Source of the DNA: Cyanobacteriota bacterium
Lineage (GTDB): Bacteria; Cyanobacteriota; Cyanobacteriia; Cyanobacteriales; Nostocaceae
Length of the DNA: 64,000 bases
Assembly (NCBI GenBank): GCA_046045965.1
Contig: JBJOKS010000005.1
Coordinates: 32,001 to 96,000, forward strand
Reading direction: 5' to 3'
Shown: piece after piece, positions 1 through 10,122 of the stretch
Layout: each line of letters starts with the position of its first letter
Position numbering within the stretch: the stretch's first letter is position 1
The notes under the pieces: generated by a model
The model's database searches: none
Told to the model about the DNA's origin: nothing
What the model saw: the letters and a program-made list of their open reading frames with translations, nothing else
Position numbers and translations under genes: made by a program

Positions 1-270
1 GAGGATGCGTTTTTGTAAATAGGTGCGATCTGCCATTTTCCCTATTTCCCCACCTAAAGCGTCTACTTCGTGGGTAAGTTGGGACTTAGCTGGTCCACCG
101 ACTGCTGGGTTACAAGGTTGCCAAGCAATTTTATCTAAGTTAAGGGTTAACAGCAGAGTGCGACAACCGAGGCGGGCGGTAGCTAAAGCTGCTTCACAAC
201 CGGAGTGACCTGCACCGACTACAATCACATCATAAGCGTCTTGGAATTGAACAGCATTTTGCATGGTCAT
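1..270 (-). CDS. mnmG: tRNA uridine-5-carboxymethylaminomethyl modification enzyme MnmG/GidA, N-terminal part (runs off window edge)
   Basis: Manual translation of the minus strand from ATG 270: [74 protein letters not shown], the GidA FAD-binding N-terminus. Confidence 0.95.
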   Translation of the reverse strand, partial: MTMQNAVQFQDAYDVIVVGAGHSGCEAALATARLGCRTLLLTLNLDKIAWQPCNPAVGGPAKSQLTHEVDALGGEIGKMADRTYLQKRIL

Positions 271-340
271 GAGGAGTTAGGAATTAAAAGTTAAAAGTTA
301 AAAAGGTCGTTACTGTTAGGTATTTTAGCGTATGTTTTGG

Positions 341-386
341 TTAATTGTCAGAATCAGGATGTCCAGGATTAAAGGATTTACAGGAT
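341..386 (+). repeat. Dispersed ~45-bp repeat, copy 1 (TGTCAGAATCAGGATgTCCAGGATTaAAGGATTTACAGGAT)
   Basis: Near-identical copies at 1304-1349 and 41381-41421. Confidence 0.85.
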
Positions 387-507
387 ATTTATCTAATCCC
401 TTTCTACTCCAAAATTTCTGATCTTTTTTCTCTGTGTTCTCTGCGTCCTCTGCGGTTCGTTATTCCAAAAATCAAACAAAAAATTAAAAATATTTACAAT
501 GGTGAGA

Positions 508-810
508 TTAGGATATCTGAATTGGTGACATTTTAATCTCTATTTTTTGGTTTAACGCTGCGGCAATTCTAGCTAACATAGACAAAGAATGTCCTTCATA
601 GTCAGCATCTTCTAATCTAGCAATAACCGATTGAGTAGTACCCACTAAATCTGCTAGTTGTTGCTGGGTTAACCCTGCTTGTTTACGTGCATCATAGATG
701 ATTTGAGATACTTGAGCATTTAAAGATGATTCTCTCACCATTTCTTGTAATTCTGGATCTGCTTTCATCATTTTATTAATGATTTTCAGTGCATCATTTG
801 TTTTCTTCAT
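508..810 (-). CDS. HigA-like XRE/HTH antitoxin
   Basis: HTH motif ARKQAGLTQQQLADLVGTTQSVIARLE; downstream of and overlapping the toxin gene; ATG 810 preferred over TTG 831. Confidence 0.85.
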   Translation of the reverse strand: MKKTNDALKIINKMMKADPELQEMVRESSLNAQVSQIIYDARKQAGLTQQQLADLVGTTQSVIARLEDADYEGHSLSMLARIAAALNQKIEIKMSPIQIS

Positions 811-1201
811 CTGTTTCTTCCTCTGGTTCAAGATAAGTATGTATTTCTGAATTAAGGATAAATAAATTTTTGTATTTTAATGCTAAGTCAATATCTTGAT
901 CGGGGACTTCATTATTTTCTTTAATAATTGCATGAGCTAAAATTATCACATTTTGACCGTGGAAAAAGTATAAAATTCTATATTGTACTTTTAGGTGCTT
1001 TGCTCGAAGTTCATAAATACCATCACGGAGAAAATCTGCTGCTGGTCTTCTCAGTTCAAAACCATATTCGGCCAACTGTTGAATCCTAGCAATGCAGTTA
1101 GCATATCCTTTTTTATCTTGTTTGAGTAATTTTTTTAGCCATTTTAAAACGGGAACTTCTCCTTTATCGTCTTGAAAGAAAATAATCCGTGTTTCTGGCA
1201 T
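794..1201 (-). CDS. RelE/ParE-superfamily (HigB/Gp49-like) toxin
   Basis: LRRP..DFLRDGIYELR...YRILYFF...IILAHAIIK pattern; toxin-first gene order. Confidence 0.85.
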   Translation of the reverse strand: MPETRIIFFQDDKGEVPVLKWLKKLLKQDKKGYANCIARIQQLAEYGFELRRPAADFLRDGIYELRAKHLKVQYRILYFFHGQNVIILAHAIIKENNEVPDQDIDLALKYKNLFILNSEIHTYLEPEEETDEENK

Positions 1202-1233
1202 TGTTTGGGATAGATTTACACATACGATTAATT

Positions 1234-1253
1234 ATATCGCAAAAATGCGATAT
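1234..1253. promoter_or_regulatory. Putative antitoxin operator, perfect 8-4-8 palindrome ATATCGCA-AAAA-TGCGATAT
   Basis: Perfect inverted repeat about 33 bp upstream of the toxin start. Confidence 0.6.
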
Positions 1254-1303
1254 TGTATAGTAACATAAGTCAGATATCCTTAAATTTTTTGGTCATCAAG
1301 CAA

Positions 1304-1349
1304 TTAACTGTCAGAATCAGGATATCCAGGATTTAAGGATTTACAGGAT
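1304..1349 (+). repeat. Dispersed ~45-bp repeat, copy 2
   Basis: TTAACTGTCAGAATCAGGATATCCAGGATTTAAGGATTTACAGGAT matches 341-386 with 3 mismatches. Confidence 0.85.
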
Positions 1350-1422
1350 GTAGTTCTGGAATGTTAATATAGAATCCGATAACATTAGATAATATCTTTT
1401 GTATGTACAATCAACTGAAATT

Positions 1423-2670
1423 ATGAAAATTAATCAATTTAGCTACTATGACTCTAATCAAAAATGGCAGTTTGAAAATATCAATTTTTCTGACTTCAAT
1501 CTTTTAGTAGGTGTTTCCGGTGTTGGTAAATCTAAAATTATTAATGCTATTGTAAATTTACAGCTTATAGCTAAGGGCATTTCTATTAATGGAGTGAAAT
1601 GGGATTTAAAATTTACATTAGATGGTAACAGTTTTTGCTGGCAAGGAGAATTTGAAAATATTCAAACAATAGATATTTTATCACCTGGTAAAATTGGGTT
1701 TAAAATAATTAGTGAATACCTTTATAAAGAAGATGTAGCAATTATAGAAAGAAATAAAGATGGAATTATGTTTAATGGTAATTTAATTCCAAAATTTTCA
1801 CCTCTTCAAAGTGTAATTAGTATTTTATATACAGAAGAAGCAATATCACCTTTTTATAAAGGTATGTTGCAAATATCTAAACATGATTCAGCAGGTATAC
1901 TACAAATATTTAAACATAATTCAGAAGGCGATTTTTTGGCATCTAAGAATTTGTATAATTCCATTATTACTGGAATTATTAAATTAACGAATCAACAAGT
2001 AAATGATAAACGCAACGAAGAAGATTTTAACATTTTGCTTAACCTTATAGGTACAAATATTATTCCAATTGGTTACAAAATAATTTTCGTTTATGATAAA
2101 TACCCAAAATTGTTCCAAACAATCAAAGAATCTTTTATAAAGATATTTGAACAAGTAGAAGATATCAGAATAGAAGAAAGTAACTATAATTTAATTAATA
2201 CAGCAGCTTACAATTTAGTTGATAGCGCAATCTTAGAAAAAGATAATAACCTAAATCTTGAACAAGAAACATTTATAATTAGCATAAAAGAAAAAGGTAT
2301 TGATGAATGGATAAAACAAAGTGAAATATCATCAGGAATGCTAAAAACATTTATGTTAATTAGTGAACTTTATTTATCTGCTGAAGGAACAGTAATTTTA
2401 ATTGATGAATTTGAAAATAGCTTAGGTGTCAACTGTATTGACATTATCAGTGATTTACTTTTAGAAAATAGAAATTTGCAATTTATCATTACCAGTCACC
2501 ATCCCTACATTATCAATAATATTGGGATGGAACATTGGAAAATAATCACCCGCAAAGGTGGGGTAGTAACTGCTAGAGATGCTAAAGATTTAAACTTAGG
2601 AAAATCACGACATCAAGCATTTATGCAATTAATGAATCTTGAGGAATATAGAGAAGGAATTACAGCATAA
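1423..2670 (+). CDS. ABC-type (AAA_15/AAA_21-like) ATPase
   Basis: Walker A GVSGVGKS, signature-like ISSGMLK, Walker B ILIDEFEN, H-loop ITSHHP; ATG 1423 likely start. Confidence 0.85.
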   Translation: MKINQFSYYDSNQKWQFENINFSDFNLLVGVSGVGKSKIINAIVNLQLIAKGISINGVKWDLKFTLDGNSFCWQGEFENIQTIDILSPGKIGFKIISEYLYKEDVAIIERNKDGIMFNGNLIPKFSPLQSVISILYTEEAISPFYKGMLQISKHDSAGILQIFKHNSEGDFLASKNLYNSIITGIIKLTNQQVNDKRNEEDFNILLNLIGTNIIPIGYKIIFVYDKYPKLFQTIKESFIKIFEQVEDIRIEESNYNLINTAAYNLVDSAILEKDNNLNLEQETFIISIKEKGIDEWIKQSEISSGMLKTFMLISELYLSAEGTVILIDEFENSLGVNCIDIISDLLLENRNLQFIITSHHPYIINNIGMEHWKIITRKGGVVTARDAKDLNLGKSRHQAFMQLMNLEEYREGITA

Positions 2671-3359
2671 TGAACCTTTATTTTCTTGTAGAAGGTAAAA
2701 GAACAGAAAACAAAGTTTATCCAGCTTGGTTAAAACATCTTTTACCAGAACTACAACAAGTTAAAAATTTCGATGAAGTAGATAAGAATAATTTTTATTT
2801 GTTCAGTGCTAATGGTTATCCTTCCATAATTTATGATCATCTTCCTAACGCTATTTTAGATATTCAAGAAAATGGTAAATATAACTATCTTGTGCTTTGT
2901 TTAGATGCTGAAGAAAATGCAGTTAGTGAAATTAAACAAGAAATTTACGATTTTCTGGCAACTGAAAAACCAGAAATGGGTAATATTGAACTGGTACTAA
3001 TTATCCAAAATCGTTGTTTAGAAACTTGGTTTTTAGGAAATCGTAAAATATACACTAGAAACCCGCAAGATAACCTATTATTAGAATACACTCGTTATTA
3101 TGATGTTTCTATAGATTGTCCTGAATTGATGGGACAATATCAAAGTTTTAACACTCATGCTCAATTTCATGAAGCTTATGTAAAAGAATTATTTAGAGCT
3201 AAAAATATTAATTATTCTAAAAGAAATCCTGGTGATGTCGTTAAGCAATTTTACTTACAACAACTCATAGAAAGGATAGAATCAGAAAATACACATCTTC
3301 CCACTTTTCAAACATTTCTAGAATTTTGTTATATGATTAAATCGCAGTTATTCCCATAA
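2670..3359 (+). CDS. TOPRIM-like (DUF4276/RloB-like) putative nuclease, partner of the ATPase
   Basis: YFLVEGKRTE, LCLDAE and CLETWFL acidic motifs; TAATG stop/start overlap with the ATPase gene. Confidence 0.65.
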   Translation: MNLYFLVEGKRTENKVYPAWLKHLLPELQQVKNFDEVDKNNFYLFSANGYPSIIYDHLPNAILDIQENGKYNYLVLCLDAEENAVSEIKQEIYDFLATEKPEMGNIELVLIIQNRCLETWFLGNRKIYTRNPQDNLLLEYTRYYDVSIDCPELMGQYQSFNTHAQFHEAYVKELFRAKNINYSKRNPGDVVKQFYLQQLIERIESENTHLPTFQTFLEFCYMIKSQLFP

Positions 3360-3370
3360 TTAATTTTCCC

Positions 3371-4192
3371 ATGAAACGTCAATCTAAACTCAAACGCCGC
3401 ATCAGAAAACTAACATTTATTTCTATCATTATCTTCCTATTTTTTACCATAGTTGGCAGCAGTAGTATTAATCACTATCAGCCAATTCAACATACTGTAA
3501 TGAGAAATAACATCAATACACCATCTACTATACCTTTTATTCCTGATCAACAATTAGATGATCAACAACGGTTTTTAGCTACAATAACTCATCAAATACC
3601 AAATACTCCCCAACCTAACACCTATGAATATATTTTACTTCGTGCCTATGGTACGGTATTTATTAATCAAAACCCAGAAGTTAAATTACCACCAAAAGTT
3701 ATTTTAGACAACGAAGACGAAACCATAAACTTTCAGGATAATTTACAATTAACCTTAGTGGAAGGTACACAAGAATGTTATTTACAAAAAGCCGCCGCAG
3801 ATGCGTTTAACCAAGCCAGAAGTATATTAGATATACCTTTAAAATCTGGTTACTCTGGTGATTGTACACGCAGTTTTGCTACTAATTTAAGGTTTTGGCG
3901 AAAATACACTAATAATCAAACTTTAGAACGAGTAAAACAAGGAATAGAAACTACAATTCTTGGTGTAGTTGCACCCCCAGGAACTTCACAACATCTGTGG
4001 GGTTTAGCACTTGATTTAAGTGTATCAAATTCTGCCCAAAGGGAAGCATTAAACCAAAATGGTTGGTTTCAAACAGTAGAAAATGATGTTCCTCATTGGA
4101 CTTATCTCGGTTGGGATGAAGAGAGTTTACCGAAATTTGGTTTACAGGCGAAAATAGCAAGAGGTATCACTTATTGGTTGACACCAATTTAA
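3371..4192 (+). CDS. D-alanyl-D-alanine carboxypeptidase (VanY/M15 family)
   Basis: N-terminal TM; VAPPGTSQHLWGLALD and DVPHW motifs. Confidence 0.85.
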   Translation: MKRQSKLKRRIRKLTFISIIIFLFFTIVGSSSINHYQPIQHTVMRNNINTPSTIPFIPDQQLDDQQRFLATITHQIPNTPQPNTYEYILLRAYGTVFINQNPEVKLPPKVILDNEDETINFQDNLQLTLVEGTQECYLQKAAADAFNQARSILDIPLKSGYSGDCTRSFATNLRFWRKYTNNQTLERVKQGIETTILGVVAPPGTSQHLWGLALDLSVSNSAQREALNQNGWFQTVENDVPHWTYLGWDEESLPKFGLQAKIARGITYWLTPI

Positions 4193-4234
4193 GAAAAAAT
4201 TAAAGTTAAAAATAGAACATTTTTAGCAATTACA

Positions 4235-4426
4235 TTAAAGTTCTATATAGTAGAATTCTGTAGTTTTAGTAACTTCATCAAGTCCTTCTAAATAGTCTTT
4301 AATTACATATTTTATCTTATCTAATGCTTCCTGTTCTGTATCACCTACTGTCCAGCATCCAGGTAAAGCAGGACACCAAATAGCGTATACTTTATCTATT
4401 TTATTCAACTTAACTTGATAACGCAT
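4235..4426 (-). CDS. HicB-family (UPF0150) antitoxin-like small protein
   Basis: CPALPGCWTVGDTEQEAL motif. Confidence 0.75.
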   Translation of the reverse strand: MRYQVKLNKIDKVYAIWCPALPGCWTVGDTEQEALDKIKYVIKDYLEGLDEVTKTTEFYYIEL

Positions 4427-4727
4427 ATCTCAATTATCGCTAGTAGATGTAATTCTATATTATTAATTAAGATTAAAAGGAATCCCTTGATACTGCACTA
4501 GATCAGAGTTTTGCTAAATCAAGGGAAAAATATAAAATTAATCGTTATCTATAGACTGATGATACAAATTTAATAATTAAAAATTTAAGGTGATTATGTT
4601 CATGTTTATAGTAAGAGGTTTAAAATAAAATTTTATCAATAATTAGTTCAGGAATTACGGAAGTGCCAATGTTGATAATAATTATTACAATAAAATAATC
4701 ACACCCCCTAAATTTGGAGTTATCACA

Positions 4728-5303
4728 GTGGGTTTATTTGATGACTTAAGTCGGTTTTTAGAAGATCGTTTAGAAGAATTCTTGCGAAAGAACCCCCACC
4801 TGGAGTTAGAGATGCTGTTAGAACAGCTACGGGAGCAGGAAGAAGATACACTAAAACTGATTGCAGATTTACAATTACAGGAAAAGCGATCGCAAGAGGA
4901 AATTCTCTCCACCGCGCAAGAAATACAACGTTGGCACATCCGTATTCAAAAAGCAAAAGCCGCAGGTAGAGAAGATTTAGCCGCACCAGCACAAGCACGA
5001 GAAGACGCACTTCTGAGAGAGGGAAATCAACAATGGGGACAAATGCAAGGCTTAAAAGAACGCATTACCCAATCCCAAGAACTACTAAGCAAAATTCAAC
5101 AGCGTCGTCAAGAAGTACAAGCTAAAGCAGTAGAAGCAGAAACAGCACGCGCAAAATCTCAAACTCAACAACGTTTAGAAACTAATACTTGGCAAACTCC
5201 AGCTAGTAGTTATTCTAGCAAATTTGACGACTTAGAAGAACAGTTTCGCCGTTGGGAAACTCAAGATGAGTTAGAACAAATGAAACGAAATATGGGTAAA
5301 TAA
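4728..5303 (+). CDS. PspA/Vipp1-like coiled-coil protein (TIGR04376-type)
   Basis: MGLFDDLSRFLEDRLEEFL N-terminus; AKAAGREDLA; coiled coil throughout. Confidence 0.8.
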   Translation: MGLFDDLSRFLEDRLEEFLRKNPHLELEMLLEQLREQEEDTLKLIADLQLQEKRSQEEILSTAQEIQRWHIRIQKAKAAGREDLAAPAQAREDALLREGNQQWGQMQGLKERITQSQELLSKIQQRRQEVQAKAVEAETARAKSQTQQRLETNTWQTPASSYSSKFDDLEEQFRRWETQDELEQMKRNMGK

Positions 5304-5386
5304 TTTAGCTGACCATCATTGAATGTAACTATTGTGGGGTGGGTATCCTGCCCGCCCTTGATGTACTTTATTAAAAGTGCAACAGC

Positions 5387-6790
5387 TTATCTCACCCTAC
5401 GAATTGCACCTTGCCACCTCAGAGTTTGTTGTGTAGAGCGTCCACCTAAAGAACGTATTGCTACTAATTCAATCTCAACATTTGTACCAGAACTAAGGGC
5501 ATCACTAGGAATTTTCAACTTACCTAAATTCAGAGTAAAACGATTATAATCACGAGTCACCAATGTAGCAGGAATTTCTCCTTCATAAAAAGTTTGATAA
5601 TCAAAAGCACCAGAAAAGTTATCCCTTGCCCGGTATTTTACTTTAAACTGAGTATTGATTAAATCAGACTTTGCTGCTAAATCAACAATTTTCAAATTGA
5701 GGTTTTCTCCTGCACCAGAAAACTCGGAGACGGCTAACCGCGTCACCTCTTGTTTAGGAATTGCATAATTAACAGTAAACTCTGTCAATTTATCCTGAAT
5801 ATTAGAACTACCATCAACCCACATATCTTCAGGAAAGGCAATTTCTACTTGTTGATTATCATTTAAAGTGAGTGTGACATTTTGATTAGCAAAGTTAGCA
5901 ATAGGCTGTTTTTCTTGCCAAATTAATTTAAAAGTTCCTTCTAAACGCCGTTCAAATTCTCGATATTCATCAGCAATAACAGAACCAGCAGCTAATAAAT
6001 AAACTGCACCTTGACGCTGTAGCCATTTATTTTTAGAAAGGTTGAATTGTTGATTTCCTAGTTCAGAAATGGCTACTTTCCGAGACGGTGAATCATTTAC
6101 TAATGGTTCTTTGCTATTAATTATGCTTAAAGTTCCTAAACTTCCTCGTTTACCGTCTCGTCCATCACTCCCATCACTGCCATTTCTACCGTCATAACAT
6201 CTGTAAACTTTATTAGTACACTTATGATCAGGAGTACCAGGAGTTCCTTTGCAGGTTTTTACTTCCCAACTCCTGCGACGACAGTTACAACCCGCTGTTC
6301 CTTGACCACCACGGCCACCCCGTCCACCTTCTCCCCCAGTTGCACGGATGAAAATTTGCTTTAAATCTGCCAAATTGCTGTAATAAACTGTGAGGGAACC
6401 ACCATTTCCCCCATCTCCACCTCTCCCACCAGCACCACCATTACCACCGTCAGCAGCATGAATATCCCTGTTAGCTTTATCACTGTAGTCTCTACCACAT
6501 CTGGGACGATAACCGTTTTCTCCATCTTCCCCATCTTCACCATTTGTACCTGATAGGTCAAGATTTACTGGTGAACCAGCAGAAATAGTTTGGTTCTGTC
6601 CACTGCGTCCATCTCTTCCCCCACGGCCATTACTCCCTCTATCCCCATCTCGGTCGTAACGTTCAGCTATTTTAAAGTCTCCTTTACCAATTTCAGTTGA
6701 ACAAACATCAACAGCAGCAGCAGGTAAGAAACTATTAAATAAGCAAAAAGTCAGTAAAAGCGGTAGTTTTCTAGCAAAATCGTGAAGCAT
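5387..6790 (-). CDS. Exported collagen-like (Gly-X-Y repeat) protein
   Basis: Signal peptide; several G-X-Y tracts separated by Cys-containing segments. Confidence 0.75.
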   Translation of the reverse strand: MLHDFARKLPLLLTFCLFNSFLPAAAVDVCSTEIGKGDFKIAERYDRDGDRGSNGRGGRDGRSGQNQTISAGSPVNLDLSGTNGEDGEDGENGYRPRCGRDYSDKANRDIHAADGGNGGAGGRGGDGGNGGSLTVYYSNLADLKQIFIRATGGEGGRGGRGGQGTAGCNCRRRSWEVKTCKGTPGTPDHKCTNKVYRCYDGRNGSDGSDGRDGKRGSLGTLSIINSKEPLVNDSPSRKVAISELGNQQFNLSKNKWLQRQGAVYLLAAGSVIADEYREFERRLEGTFKLIWQEKQPIANFANQNVTLTLNDNQQVEIAFPEDMWVDGSSNIQDKLTEFTVNYAIPKQEVTRLAVSEFSGAGENLNLKIVDLAAKSDLINTQFKVKYRARDNFSGAFDYQTFYEGEIPATLVTRDYNRFTLNLGKLKIPSDALSSGTNVEIELVAIRSLGGRSTQQTLRWQGAIRRVR

Positions 6791-6934
6791 AGAAATTAAA
6801 CCCCTATCTAGAATTAATATACAATTACTGACGCTGATTTTCGCTCATTTGCTCCCTAAATCTACTGAAATAAACAAAAAAAGTGGCTCTGTACACAACA
6901 GAACCACCAAGATTTTTACAAAATTTAGATGAAA

Positions 6935-8011
6935 TTAGCGAGCTTGTCCATGAGCCGCAACTGCATCAATGGGCTTCATCAGGTATAGGTTTAATAACTG
7001 CCAACCATGAGAAACGTAAATTGGCAATTTTTGGAAGAATTGCAGGAATTTGGGAGTATTAGAGTTGGAAATTGCTGTCAATTTTTCGTTATTTTTGACA
7101 CAAACATCCAAACGCTGATAAAACTCTGGATTATCAACATCTAACATGAGTGGGAAGACTCGGCCTGCGGTTTCGTTGGTCTTCTTAATTACATAGATGT
7201 CATATTCTCTAGCATCTAAGCCAAGGGAAGCGTAGAAATCTTTGCGTTGAATATCATTGAGATACATGGTGGCAAACACTGACAACAAGAAGAACCGACT
7301 CCATAGTTTAGCCTTCCAATCATTCAGCATTTGAGGTTGCGCTCTCATGATGGCATCAAAGAAGTCACCATGACGGTTTTCATCCTGACACCAATTTTCA
7401 AAGAAGCGGAAAATTGGATAAATTCGATCTTCAGGATGGGATTCTAAATGACGATAAATGGTGATATAGCGCCAATAACCAATCTTCTCAGAAAGATAAG
7501 TAGCGTAAAAGATGAATTTGGGCTTAAAGAAGGTATAACTGCGGCTCTTGGTCAAAAACCCTAAATCTAGGGATAGATTAAAGTCTGACATTGCCTTGTT
7601 TAAAAATCCAGCATGACGCGCTTCGTCCCGTGACATGAGGTTAAAGCATTCTGCCAATACAGGGCTTTTATCTTTTAAGCGGCGACCGAGTTCTTTGTAC
7701 AGCAAGAAGCCGGAAAATTCCGCAGTACAGGAACGTTCCAGAAATTCAATGAACAACTGGCGAGTTTCCCCATCAATATGATCCCAGGATTGTTCAAACT
7801 CGGCATCCCGAACAAAGTGATGGCGGTTGTAGTCTACCCGAAATTCTTCGAGGATGGCCATTAACTCGTCTTCGTTGACGGAGATATCCATCCGTGCCAT
7901 TTCATCAAAATCAGTTGTGTAAAACCGGGGTGTTAAAAGGGTTTCCCTGGAGGGTACTTTTACCCCAGGACGCATTTCTTCAAAGCCTGGTTTTTTTAGG
8001 GAATCTACCAT
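6935..8011 (-). CDS. acsF: Mg-protoporphyrin IX monomethyl ester oxidative cyclase
   Basis: [12 protein letters not shown]; diiron motifs DEARH and DENRH. Confidence 0.97.
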   Translation of the reverse strand: MVDSLKKPGFEEMRPGVKVPSRETLLTPRFYTTDFDEMARMDISVNEDELMAILEEFRVDYNRHHFVRDAEFEQSWDHIDGETRQLFIEFLERSCTAEFSGFLLYKELGRRLKDKSPVLAECFNLMSRDEARHAGFLNKAMSDFNLSLDLGFLTKSRSYTFFKPKFIFYATYLSEKIGYWRYITIYRHLESHPEDRIYPIFRFFENWCQDENRHGDFFDAIMRAQPQMLNDWKAKLWSRFFLLSVFATMYLNDIQRKDFYASLGLDAREYDIYVIKKTNETAGRVFPLMLDVDNPEFYQRLDVCVKNNEKLTAISNSNTPKFLQFFQKLPIYVSHGWQLLNLYLMKPIDAVAAHGQAR

Positions 8012-8325
8012 TTCTTGATTGCTCTTTTGTTTTTCTTAATTTTGAGTACACCAGACAGCTAAAGCTTATGCTCTCACAAGGTGCAGCTCCCGGACAATAA
8101 TTACATTTGTATGAAATCCAGTGTAACAAGGTCTAGATGCGAAAAAAGCAAATAAAAGGTTAAGAGTTGCAACAAATCTTGAGTTATTACGGAATCAGGA
8201 TCTGAAAATTGGTAGTCAGCTAAGATTATCAATCCCATGCTTAACGTTAAATGTTGAAGTAACATGGGTAAGAATTAGCTTAAATGAAAATAAATTTATA
8301 ACATAACACGCAGATTAGAAACAAT

Positions 8326-8820
8326 ATGAATACACAAAACAAGCCCAATAAAGACCGTCTTGCTGCTTCTTATATATTGTGTGCTGCTGGTTTCTTGGGT
8401 GTTGGCGGCTTGCACCGCTTGTACAATGGCAAGATCGGAACTGGTTTATTATGGTTTTGTACTTTCGGTTTATTTTACATAGGGCAGATTGTAGATTTAC
8501 TGCTAATTCCGGGTATGGTTGATGAATATGAACAAAATTTGCGACTCAAAGCAGGTTTGTCACCTCTGGGTTTACCACTCAATCAACCAATCGTCAATTC
8601 CCAAGTTTACCGCCCAACTGGCAACCAATTAATGGTTCAATTGCTGGAAGCCGCAGAAAGCAAGGGTGGTTATTTAACTGTGACTCAAGGTGTAAAGTCC
8701 ACTGGTGCTAGTTTTGCGGAAGTGGAAAAGGCGCTAAAAGAAATGATGAAATCAGGTTATGTGCGAATAGACAACGACCCCATTACTGGAGCCGTTACCT
8801 ACCATTTTCATGAGTTGTAA
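8326..8820 (+). CDS. TM2/NINE-domain membrane protein
   Basis: GVGGLHRLYNGKIGTGLLW..TFG...DLLLIP. Confidence 0.85.
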   Translation: MNTQNKPNKDRLAASYILCAAGFLGVGGLHRLYNGKIGTGLLWFCTFGLFYIGQIVDLLLIPGMVDEYEQNLRLKAGLSPLGLPLNQPIVNSQVYRPTGNQLMVQLLEAAESKGGYLTVTQGVKSTGASFAEVEKALKEMMKSGYVRIDNDPITGAVTYHFHEL

Positions 8821-8821
8821 A

Positions 8822-8997
8822 TATAGCCTTCAGCAGTCAGCTATCAGGAATCAGCTTTTCAAAACTCCTATCTGACAGGAGTTAAGGTCTTTTAGCTTGT
8901 ATGAATCCGTACATAATCTAGATGGCAACCTATATACAAAGCCAGTTTTACTCCTGTACGGGCGAACGGCCGTTCGCCCCTCCTGACTCCTGCTGTA
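8822..8997. mobile_element. MITE-like intergenic element with STRR arms and a nested 20-bp perfect palindrome (GGGCGAACGGCCGTTCGCCC, 8960-8979)
   Basis: Ends TATAGC...GCTGTA; minus strand shares CAGGAGTAAAACTGGCTTTGTRTATAGGTT with the element at 20114-20241. Confidence 0.6.
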
Positions 8998-8998
8998 A

Positions 8999-9562
8999 TT
9001 AATTTCTACCTAGCCATTTTTGACCGTTTAAACGGTAGACTAGGCGAGATACTAATAAATCAAGGGTAATTTTGCGCTCATCAATTAAGAATGACTCTAG
9101 GGTGCTGGGTTTTTTCCCTTCGTTACAGGAAAATCCCTTTTTCCCTTGAATGTCTGCTTCGGGGAAATAGACGTTAAACTGTCGTTGTCCATTTTGCCAA
9201 GAGCCGATAATTTGCCAGCATTCTTCCGCTGAGTTAAAACCAATAATCGGATACTTCTCTTTGGCAAAAGTCAACTGTACATCGGGAACTCCTTCCTGTG
9301 CGATCGCCTTTTGCAAAGCTGGTAAGTATTCTTGCTGGATAAACTCTTCAAATGGCTTATCTTCCACAGCGGGAGGTTTTTCCTTTTTGGCAGCTTTAGC
9401 AGCAGCGGGTTTTTCTCCAGCGGGTGCAGCAGCGTTGGGGTTAACTGCTGGGTTTGCGGCTTTGGGGTCTGGTGTGTTAGCTGTAGGTAGGTTTGACGCT
9501 ACTGGTGCATCATTGCTGGGAGCTGCTTCTCCCGATAGATTTTGATTGGTTTCTTCTGCCAT
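8999..9562 (-). CDS. DUF2996 family protein
   Basis: KPPAVEDKPF...STLESFLIDERKITLDLLV...QKWLGRN. Confidence 0.85.
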   Translation of the reverse strand: MAEETNQNLSGEAAPSNDAPVASNLPTANTPDPKAANPAVNPNAAAPAGEKPAAAKAAKKEKPPAVEDKPFEEFIQQEYLPALQKAIAQEGVPDVQLTFAKEKYPIIGFNSAEECWQIIGSWQNGQRQFNVYFPEADIQGKKGFSCNEGKKPSTLESFLIDERKITLDLLVSRLVYRLNGQKWLGRN

Positions 9563-9752
9563 TGCTCAGGTCAATCCTTTAATCTAGCTTTTAGAGCGAG
9601 TTGCTCACCTTGTGATAGCTCATTTACCTTTATTTTGACATACTGCAAATTTTATTCTGATCGCAGTTTGTGAATTTGAACTGATAGCATAAAAAATAAT
9701 CTGGAATGGCAAGAACAACTGATACCACCCAGATCATAATATCTAAAATATC

Positions 9753-10028
9753 TCAACCACCTGCAACAGCAGGAACTATACTTACTTCATCACCATCTTT
9801 CAATGTTGTTTCTGTCCCTTCTAAAAAACGGATGTCTTCGCTATTAACATACAAGTTCAGAAAGCGGCGTGGTTTTCCGGCTTCATCGCACAAACGCGAC
9901 TTGATACCAGGACAAGCTTTCTCTAAAGAGTCAAATAATTCGGAAATGTTGCTACCACTGCATTCTAAGACAGCTTGATTATTTGTAAATTTTTGGAGAG
10001 CAGTAGGGACTAAAACTGTTACGGCCAT
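9753..10028 (-). CDS. MoaD/ThiS-family sulfur carrier (ubiquitin-like)
   Basis: C-terminal [17 protein letters not shown]. Confidence 0.9.
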   Translation of the reverse strand: MAVTVLVPTALQKFTNNQAVLECSGSNISELFDSLEKACPGIKSRLCDEAGKPRRFLNLYVNSEDIRFLEGTETTLKDGDEVSIVPAVAGG

Positions 10029-10122
10029 GGTTAATTATCAGTTATCAATTATCAATTATCAATTATCAGTGGTCATTGATCATTTCTTGATTTGCTCATC
10101 ACCAATGACCACTGACTAAGGA

